A stretch of DNA of 32,000 nucleotides from Streptococcus rubneri (GTDB taxonomy: Bacteria; Bacillota; Bacilli; Lactobacillales; Streptococcaceae), in assembly GCF_004785935.1 (NCBI RefSeq), contig NZ_SRRP01000002.1:49616-81615 (forward strand), in the 5' to 3' direction. Below the pieces are notes generated by a model that ran no database searches, had not been told where the DNA came from, and was given only the letters and a program-made list of their open reading frames with translations. The position numbers and the translations under genes are program-made. Position 1 is the first letter of the stretch, and every line of letters begins with the position of its first letter. Below are positions 19,996 to 27,988 of the stretch, in pieces.

Positions 19996-21299
19996 AGAAA
20001 AAACGTAAGATTCGAGGCTCCAGATTGTTTCTAGGCTTGCTTTTGCTTTTTCTAGTTGCTGGAGGGATTTGGTGGTGGCGTCAGCCTAAGCTTGTCCGCT
20101 TGGGGGTTTACGCTGGATCTAGCTGGGATGTGCCCACCCAAACGGAAGAAAAAGTCTTGGATCAAGCGATTGCTCGTTTCGAAAAAACGCATCCAGGGGT
20201 AAAGATTGTCTACGAAAGTGGGATTCCGAAGAATCAGTATGCGAGTTGGTTAGCCAATCAGATCCTCCATGGACAGGAGCCAGATCTATATATGGTATCC
20301 AGTACTGAGCTCCCGGTGTTAGCTGCGCGTGGGGCGGTAGAAGATTTGACTCCCTTGATGGACAAACAGGTCGATCCTTCTCATTTTTATCCAGTTGCCC
20401 TAGAAGCAGGCAAATACAAGAACCGTCAGTATGCCCTCCCATTTGAGAGCAATCCTGTTTTGATGTGTGTCAATAAGGATTTATTGGAAAAGGAAGGGAT
20501 TGCTATTCCGAAAGAGGGGTGGACCTTGGAGGAATTTTATACGATTTGTCAAAAAGTGACGCGGGATACAGATGGAGATGGTGAGCTAGATCAGTTTGGA
20601 AGTACAGATTATACCTGGAGGGAGGCCTTGGCAGCCCATGGTGGCCAGCTTTTCCGTCAGGATAGCATTAATCTAACGAGTAAAGAAATGAAGCGCTCGC
20701 TCTATTTTGTCGAAAAACTCGAAGCCCTTCATGGGAATTTCAATGTTACTTCTAAGGATTTTGATGAAGGCAAGGTCGCTTTTTATCCGATGACCTTGGC
20801 CCAGTACCGAACTTATAAACCTTATCCCTATCATGTTGCCAAATATTCGAATTTCACTTGGACCTGTATCCCTATGCCCGGGGCTTCTGGATCAACTCCG
20901 TCAACCTTAGTGGATACGTCCTTGTTTGCTCTGTCTTCTCGGGCCAGTGCTAGCAAGGAGGCCAAGGAATTCATGGAATTTTTGACCCAGGACCAGCAGG
21001 TCCAGCAGGAACTCTTCCGGCAGTCGCAGGGAACCTCTGTTCTCCCTTCGGTGGTCAATAGTTCGGAAAGTCGGGACCTTCTTAAAGCGGATGATTTCGG
21101 GGTTGATTCCTTGACGAATCGGACCCTGGACCAGATTATGAAAAAGGCTGTCCTAAGTACTCCTGGCAACCTACCCGATGATATCTGGGATCGATTGGAT
21201 TATTTGATTCATAATGCTCTAAAAGCAAAGGATATTGATAATCAATTGCCTCAAATTCAAAAGATTATTGAGGAAATGCTTCGGGAGAAGTTTCGTTAA
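19992..21299 (+). CDS. levT: Membrane-anchored family-1 extracellular solute-binding protein, LevT-like sensor component
   Basis: ATGA overlap. N-terminal TM anchor LFLGLLLLFLVAGGIWWW with no lipobox Cys. MalE/MsmE-like body. No ABC partner genes. Confidence 0.7.
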   Translation: MKKKRKIRGSRLFLGLLLLFLVAGGIWWWRQPKLVRLGVYAGSSWDVPTQTEEKVLDQAIARFEKTHPGVKIVYESGIPKNQYASWLANQILHGQEPDLYMVSSTELPVLAARGAVEDLTPLMDKQVDPSHFYPVALEAGKYKNRQYALPFESNPVLMCVNKDLLEKEGIAIPKEGWTLEEFYTICQKVTRDTDGDGELDQFGSTDYTWREALAAHGGQLFRQDSINLTSKEMKRSLYFVEKLEALHGNFNVTSKDFDEGKVAFYPMTLAQYRTYKPYPYHVAKYSNFTWTCIPMPGASGSTPSTLVDTSLFALSSRASASKEAKEFMEFLTQDQQVQQELFRQSQGTSVLPSVVNSSESRDLLKADDFGVDSLTNRTLDQIMKKAVLSTPGNLPDDIWDRLDYLIHNALKAKDIDNQLPQIQKIIEEMLREKFR

Positions 21300-21310
21300 G
21301 AGCAACTAGG

Positions 21311-21340
21311 CATCTGTCAAGTGACAGATGTCATTTTTTT
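21311..21340 (+). terminator. Rho-independent terminator after the levT-like gene
   Basis: CATCTGTC-aagt-GACAGATG followed by TCATTTTTTT. Confidence 0.75.
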
Positions 21341-21377
21341 ATTGACAGATGTCAACTTTTCTTTGTGACAAATGACA
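21322..21377 (+). promoter_or_regulatory. Three direct copies of a 12-bp dyad, TGACA(G/A)ATG(T/A)CA: candidate response-regulator operator
   Basis: The copies are at 21322-21333, 21343-21354 and 21366-21377. An inverted copy forms the 5' arm of the terminator. The last copy is centred about 31-34 nt upstream of a TACAAT -10. Confidence 0.5.
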
Positions 21378-21401
21378 ATAGTAAAACGCTTTCAAAAACA
21401 A

Positions 21402-21407
21402 TACAAT
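21402..21407 (+). promoter_or_regulatory. -10 hexamer candidate (TACAAT) of the PTS operon, with no recognisable -35
   Basis: TACAAT sits 26 nt upstream of the IIA ATG. The -35 position is occupied by the third repeat. Confidence 0.35.
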
Positions 21408-21433
21408 AAGGTCATCATAAAGGAGGAGAAAGG

Positions 21434-21874
21434 ATGAAGTATCTGGTATTGGTCAGTCATGGTGGACTGGCAGAAGGTCTGAAAAGTTCGCTGGCAATGT
21501 TTGCTGGGGATAAGATCGATCAGGTGATTGCGGTCGGACTGAAAGAAGGCAAATCGGTAGATGATTTTGCTCATGATTTTGGTCAGGCTCTAGCACCTTT
21601 AACAGATGAGGACTCTGTCTTAGTTCTAGCAGACATTGTAGGTGGCAGTCCTTTGACAACGGCAGCGACAGTGCTAGAGGAGCAAGGAAAGCTGAGTACA
21701 GCCTTGATCTTAGGTGGTATGAACTTGACCATGGCGCTGACAGCAGTTGTGATGAAGGACATGATGGAGGGGGCTGATTTAGCCCAGGTGATTTTATCCG
21801 AAGCTTCCACAGCCTTGCAAGAATTTACCCTTGCCCCGGTAGAGGGTGACGATGATGAAGAAGATGATATTTAA
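21434..21874 (+). CDS. levD: PTS mannose/fructose/sorbose-family EIIA
   Basis: MKYLVLVSHGGLAEG contains the phospho-His of EIIA-Man. AGGAGGAG RBS. Acidic tail DDDEEDDI. Confidence 0.85.
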   Translation: MKYLVLVSHGGLAEGLKSSLAMFAGDKIDQVIAVGLKEGKSVDDFAHDFGQALAPLTDEDSVLVLADIVGGSPLTTAATVLEEQGKLSTALILGGMNLTMALTAVVMKDMMEGADLAQVILSEASTALQEFTLAPVEGDDDEEDDI

Positions 21875-21891
21875 CTAAGGGAGGTTAAAAA

Positions 21892-22386
21892 ATGGTAGTA
21901 TCATTTGTACGGATTGACGACCGTATGATCCACGGTCAAACAGTAACTCGATGGGCTAAAGAAAAGCCTTGTGATGGCTTGATCGCCGTCAACGACGCAG
22001 CAGCTTCCAACAAGGTCTTGATCCAAGCCTATAAAGGGGCTTCAGATAAGAAAACCTTTGTTTGGACCAAGGAAGCTTTCAAAGAAAAATCTGCAAAAGT
22101 AACCGAATCAGAAACTCGCTATTTCTTGATTACCAAGAACCCCATCGATATGAAAGAAATTTTGGTCGACCAAGGGTTTGTCCCAGGGGATGTTAAAGAA
22201 ATCATTGTTGGTCCTGCAAATGACCGTCCAGGTGCTGTGAAATTGGGGAACAACCAATCCATCACCCAGGAAGAAGCAGAAGCCATTGAAGCTATTCAGG
22301 CTGCCGGCTACAAGGTAAAATTCCAGTTGCTGCCAGATGTTTCCATCGGTTATTGGGATGATTTTAAATCAAAATTCGGATTCTAG
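21892..22386 (+). CDS. levE: PTS mannose-family EIIB
   Basis: The VRIDDRMIHGQ motif carries the phospho-His of EIIB-Man. 164 aa. Confidence 0.88.
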   Translation: MVVSFVRIDDRMIHGQTVTRWAKEKPCDGLIAVNDAAASNKVLIQAYKGASDKKTFVWTKEAFKEKSAKVTESETRYFLITKNPIDMKEILVDQGFVPGDVKEIIVGPANDRPGAVKLGNNQSITQEEAEAIEAIQAAGYKVKFQLLPDVSIGYWDDFKSKFGF

Positions 22387-22448
22387 GGGGGAGAGCATCC
22401 TAGCTCTTCGTCACTAAACTATACTTACAAACAAAAGGAGCGTTTGTT

Positions 22449-23291
22449 ATGACAGTTTCATGGATTCAAGCAATCTTGCTTGGTATTTTCGCCAGTTTGT
22501 CTTCAATGCCTGGTATGGGTGGTACCAGTATCGGGAACTATACTCTTGGACGTCCTCTAGTCGGAGGGTTGATTTCAGGGTTGATCCTTGGAGATGTGAC
22601 AACCGGTATCATGGTCGGGGTTGCCCTTCAAGTCGTTTATATCGCCTTGGTAACACCTGGTGGTACCGTATCTGCCGATGTGCGGGCTATCTCTTATATC
22701 GGAATTCCTCTTTCTATCTTATTTGTTCATGCCAACAATATCACGGGTGAGGCAGCAATTGCAGCGGCAGCAGCCCCTATCGGTGCAGCCGTTGGGACCA
22801 TCGGTACCGTTCTTTTCTACGGTACTGCAACCATGAACTTGCTTTGGCAACACATCGGTTGGAAAGCCGTTGAAGAAGGAAACTTCAAAAAACTCTACGC
22901 AGTTGACTGGGTTTACCCATGGATTTCTCACTTCCTCTTTTCTTTCCTTCCAACGATGATTATCACCAAATACGGTGAAAACATGGTGGATTTGATGAAA
23001 CAATACCTTCCAATGGATGGTTACTGGATGAAAGCCCTCTTTACAGTCGGTGCTCTTCTTCCATGTGTCGGTATTGCCATCCTCTTGAAGCAAATCGTTA
23101 CAGAAGTGAGAGACTTCATTCCATTCTTTGTTGGATTCACCTTGGCAAAATCTCTTGGCTTGAACTTGGTAGCGAGTGCGGTGGTTTCATTGATCTTTGC
23201 GGTAATCTACTATGAACTTGAAGTGATTAAAACAATGAAAGTCGTCTCTGCTGGAGCAAATGACTTTGACGATGATGAGGAGGATATCTAA
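22449..23291 (+). CDS. levF: PTS mannose-family EIIC
   Basis: Polytopic membrane protein with an EIIC-Man-like sequence. Acidic tail DFDDDEEDI. Confidence 0.85.
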   Translation: MTVSWIQAILLGIFASLSSMPGMGGTSIGNYTLGRPLVGGLISGLILGDVTTGIMVGVALQVVYIALVTPGGTVSADVRAISYIGIPLSILFVHANNITGEAAIAAAAAPIGAAVGTIGTVLFYGTATMNLLWQHIGWKAVEEGNFKKLYAVDWVYPWISHFLFSFLPTMIITKYGENMVDLMKQYLPMDGYWMKALFTVGALLPCVGIAILLKQIVTEVRDFIPFFVGFTLAKSLGLNLVASAVVSLIFAVIYYELEVIKTMKVVSAGANDFDDDEEDI

Positions 23292-23292
23292 G

Positions 23293-24129
23293 ATGGCTGA
23301 TAAAAAGAAAATTTCAAAGAAAACGCTAACCAAAGCATTCCATCATTGGTATTATGGTCACTTGACCTGTTTCTCTCAAGAACACATGCAAACCTTTGGG
23401 TATTTGACTTCTATGCTTCCAATCGTAGAAGAAATGTATGATTCCAAAGAAGAACAAAAAGAAGCTATGCAAACCTATACTGCCTTCTTTAATACCGAAC
23501 CACAACTGGGATCACTGGTTGTAGGGATTACAGCTGGTTTGGAAGAAGCGCGTGCCAATGGAGATGCAGTAGATGGCGAAACCATCAACGGGATGCGTGC
23601 TGGTCTGATGGGACCAATCGCCGGGATTGGTGACTCCTTGGTTGTTGGGACCTTAATCCCTGTACTTCTCGGGATAGCCCTTGGTCTTTCTAAAGACGGA
23701 AACATTACAGGAGCTCTCTTCTACATCGTCGTTTGGAACCTTTTGGTATACTTGGGAATGCGTTTCGCCTTCTTCAAAGGTTATCACTTAGGGGACAAGG
23801 CTGTAGAATTCCTTGTAGGACCAAAAGGACAAGCCCTTCGCAAAGCGATCAGTGTAGTCGGTGGTATGGTCATCGGTGCTGTAGCAGCGACTTGGGTCTC
23901 TGTTACAACAGCCCTCGAATTCAAAAATGCTGACGGAGAAGCCTTCCTTAAAATCCAAGAAAAGATTGATGGTGTTTATCCAGGTCTCTTAACTGCTACC
24001 TTTATCACTCTTTGCTGGTGGCTAATGGCGAAGAAGAAAGTTTCACCAAACAAGGTCATGCTTCTTTTGGTCATCATCGCCTTGGCTGGGGTAGCTCTTG
24101 GAATCTTTGATCCAGGTCTCAAATACTAA
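23293..24129 (+). CDS. levG: PTS mannose-family EIID
   Basis: GGAGGA RBS then ATG 23293. MADKKKISKKTLTKAFHHWYYGHLTCFSQEHMQTFGY is typical of the EIID-Man N-terminus. Confidence 0.88.
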   Translation: MADKKKISKKTLTKAFHHWYYGHLTCFSQEHMQTFGYLTSMLPIVEEMYDSKEEQKEAMQTYTAFFNTEPQLGSLVVGITAGLEEARANGDAVDGETINGMRAGLMGPIAGIGDSLVVGTLIPVLLGIALGLSKDGNITGALFYIVVWNLLVYLGMRFAFFKGYHLGDKAVEFLVGPKGQALRKAISVVGGMVIGAVAATWVSVTTALEFKNADGEAFLKIQEKIDGVYPGLLTATFITLCWWLMAKKKVSPNKVMLLLVIIALAGVALGIFDPGLKY

Positions 24130-24163
24130 GAGAAAACTAGAAACAGTTTATTGCAACCGGAGC

Positions 24164-24211
24164 ATTGAGAATGAAGTACGTGACCTCCTTTACGAATACT
24201 TCATTCTCAAT
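24164..24211 (+). other. 15-bp perfect stem-loop between the EIID and levX-like genes
   Basis: ATTGAGAATGAAGTA (24164-24178) pairs with TACTTCATTCTCAAT (24197-24211) across an 18-nt loop. Only a weak T-tract follows. Confidence 0.7.
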
Positions 24212-24231
24212 TCTTATTGAAGGAGGCATTT

Positions 24232-24525
24232 ATGCACACCAGACAAGAATTAATAAAGGGGTATGAGACGGAAATTCACTACCAACGCCATATGTTGGAA
24301 AACTTGGGTCGCTGGTTTAGTGTGCTCTTTCTCATGGCCAGTATTGGTGGACTGCTGATTTATTTCTTTCACAAAACTTCTCTACTATTTTTGATCTTAG
24401 GTAGCTTGATTGCCCTATTTGGGCTAGTAGGGATGTTGCTAGTGGGGTATGGGATGTATCGTGGTCGAGCCAACTTGCAAAAAGTCATCCAAGCTTACCA
24501 ACAAAAGCTAAATTTAGTTGGCTAG
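24232..24525 (+). CDS. levX: Small two-TM membrane protein (position equivalent to levX)
   Basis: GAAGGAGG RBS then ATG 24232. Two hydrophobic spans (WFSVLFLMASIGGLLIYFF, LLFLILGSLIALFGLVGMLLVGYGM). Confidence 0.55.
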   Translation: MHTRQELIKGYETEIHYQRHMLENLGRWFSVLFLMASIGGLLIYFFHKTSLLFLILGSLIALFGLVGMLLVGYGMYRGRANLQKVIQAYQQKLNLVG

Positions 24526-24535
24526 AAATCGAAAG

Positions 24536-24561
24536 CACTTCGAGATTGAGGTGTTTTTTTC
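24536..24561 (+). terminator. Rho-independent terminator
   Basis: CACTTC-gagatt-GAGGTG followed by a T7 run. Confidence 0.65.
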
Positions 24562-24589
24562 TTGACTATTTTTGACCAAGTGATACAAT
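24562..24589 (+). promoter_or_regulatory. groESL sigma-A promoter (TTGACT-16-TGaTACAAT)
   Basis: -35 at 24562-24567 and extended -10 at 24581-24589, immediately upstream of CIRCE. Confidence 0.6.
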
Positions 24590-24600
24590 AGAAACATAAC

Positions 24601-24627
24601 TTAGCACTCGATGTCAAAGAGTGCTAA
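24601..24627 (+). promoter_or_regulatory. CIRCE operator (HrcA binding site)
   Basis: Perfect TTAGCACTC-N9-GAGTGCTAA. Confidence 0.95.
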
Positions 24628-24649
24628 AATACAGGAATGGAGGAACGAT

Positions 24650-26580
<1,931 letters not shown>

Positions 26581-26587
26581 TCTGATA

Positions 26588-26620
26588 CCAATGATTGGTG
26601 CTAAAGCACCGAATCATTGG
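26588..26620 (+). other. 14-bp stem-loop directly after groEL, with no U-tract
   Basis: CCAATGATTGGTGC-taaa-GCACC(G)AATCATTGG. Confidence 0.5.
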
Positions 26621-26653
26621 ACGGTAGTCGCTATGTTGCGGCCTACCTAATCA

Positions 26654-26786
26654 TCTTACTAAGAAAACAAAGAAGGCATTATCGGCCTTCTTTATTTTCT
26701 GTCGTAACCTGTGTGTTTGATTGAGGCTTTGCCTCTAATCATTTGACGCCAACCACTATCAGGTGGCTTGGCTAAACGTCTTACTA
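26654..26786 (+). repeat. Modular hairpin repeat, copy 1 (133 bp: HP1 terminator-like, HP2, HP3)
   Basis: Bounded by TCTTACTA at both ends. HP1 is AAAGAAGGC-attatcg-GCCTTCTTT plus ATTTTCT. HP2 is TGATTGAGGC-ttt-GCCTCTAATCA. HP3 is GCCAACCAC-tatcag-GTGGCTTGGC. Confidence 0.8.
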
Positions 26787-26896
26787 GCTCAAAGGGAGGA
26801 AAGTATCGTTCCTCCCTTTTCACGTCGTAACCCCGTGGTCAATTTATTAGGTGGCTTTGTAGTTTACGGCAAGCACCATGGTGCCTTACCGAAGTG

Positions 26897-27029
26897 TCTT
26901 ACTAAGAAAACAAAGAAGGCAATATCGGCCTTCTTTATTTTCTGTCGTAACCTGTGTGCTTGATTGAGGCTTCGCCTCTAATTATTTGACGCCAACCACT
27001 ATCAGGTGGCTTGGCTAAACGTCTTACTA
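26897..27029 (+). repeat. Modular hairpin repeat, copy 2 (133 bp, full length)
   Basis: Near-identical to copy 1, with a few substitutions by eye. It has the same TCTTACTA boundaries. Confidence 0.8.
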
Positions 27030-27256
27030 ACTCAAGGGGTTAGTAGAATCTTTTCAATCTTCGACCAATCATAGGATGAACTGTCTGACGCAGTAGCTGA
27101 TTGGTTTCTTCCTTCGCTTTTCCAAGCTTGGAAGAGTCCTAATCAGCCTTGCGGGGGCGAGACAACGAACGAATGATTAAAATATTCGTTCTATCTCGCT
27201 CCCTTTTCACGTCGTAACCTATGTAATGGCAAGCACTATTGTGCCTTACCGAAGTG

Positions 27257-27352
27257 TCTTGCTAAGAAAACAAAGAAGGCATTATCGGCCTTCTTTATTT
27301 TCTGTCGTAATCTGTGTGCTTGATTGAGGCTTCGCCTCTAATCATCTTACGA
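27257..27352 (+). repeat. Modular hairpin repeat, copy 3 (HP1+HP2 only; the 41-bp HP3 module is absent)
   Basis: Matches copies 1 and 2 through GCCTCTAATCA, then joins directly to TCTTACGAACTCAAAGGGAGG. Confidence 0.75.
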
Positions 27353-27704
27353 ACTCAAAGGGAGGAAAAGGTGTTCTTTTCATCTTTATTTTAATGAGTT
27401 TCCATAAAATTTCACAATCTTAAAAAGGTTTCTGTTTTACTTATTTTCTTTTGTGTTTCAAAACATTGGAATGATAAAACAACATAGATATATTATTGTC
27501 GAGCGAAATGAGTTGTGCCTTTTTCTTTTATTTTTTAATCTGATATCAATCAGAAGTGTTAAAAAAGACAGCTCATTCACACTATGTTTATTTTACTCTT
27601 GGTAATTCTTCTGCTTCCTCTTTGCTATTAAAATGCAATACAAAATCCTTTGTCTTGTAACATTTTTAGTGTAAACTAATAGAAGTAGATAAAAGATCTA
27701 CATC

Positions 27705-27880
27705 GGGGCAAGGACAGGATTACTTCCCACATATTTGCCTTAAGACAATAAAACTTGATCGAACAAGCGGGTCTCTCAGGAGTTCCTAAAAACTTTTATC
27801 GACCTTTTTCATATTAAAAAATATTTTTGCCTGTCCTTGCCAATTAGCTCCTCCAGAATTTTCTGGGGGAGTTTTTTTAT
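27705..27880 (+). ncRNA. Candidate structured RNA or repeat ending in an intrinsic terminator (unassigned)
   Basis: A 12-bp perfect closing stem, GGCAAGGACAGG (27707-27718) / CCTGTCCTTGCC (27830-27841), encloses 111 nt. CTCCTCCAG-aatttt-CTGGGGGAG plus a T7 run follows (27850-27878). There is no ATG on the plus strand within it. Confidence 0.4.
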
Positions 27881-27906
27881 TTCATAAACATTTCACATTT
27901 CTTTTC

Positions 27907-27912
27907 TATAAT
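27907..27912 (+). promoter_or_regulatory. -10 hexamer candidate (TATAAT) for the vex1-like operon
   Basis: Consensus TATAAT sits 76 nt upstream of ATG 27989. A CCAGTTT-ctatcaat-AAACTGG hairpin (27939-27960) lies in the leader. Confidence 0.35.
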
Positions 27913-27988
27913 AACTATAACAAATGATGAAAGCGAGTCCAGTTTCTATCAATAAACTGGGAGTCTTTCTTTTAGATGGAGGTAGGAG

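Noticed and set aside
26763-26963. 66-aa ORF inside the repeat array
   Set aside because: It begins with a non-ATG codon, has no RBS and crosses two terminator-like hairpins. The reading frame is not preserved in the other repeat copies.
26654-27352. CRISPR array or CiaR-dependent csRNA genes as an explanation for the three repeats
   Set aside because: The repeats are about 133 bp with variable 110-227 bp gaps, and no cas genes are present, so this is not CRISPR. The sequence ACTAAG-AAAAC-AAAGAA only superficially resembles the TTTAAG-N5-TTTAAG CiaR box, and its second half is part of the HP1 stem.
27471-27631. Mini-ORFs in the AT-rich stretch: 45 aa (27471..27608, MIKQHRYIIVERNELCLF...) and a 15-aa hydrophobic peptide (27584..27631, MFILLLVILLLPLCY)
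   Set aside because: Neither has a Shine-Dalgarno sequence, and they overlap each other in different frames. T-rich DNA produces hydrophobic peptides of this kind by chance. A type I toxin cannot be excluded, but nothing supports it.
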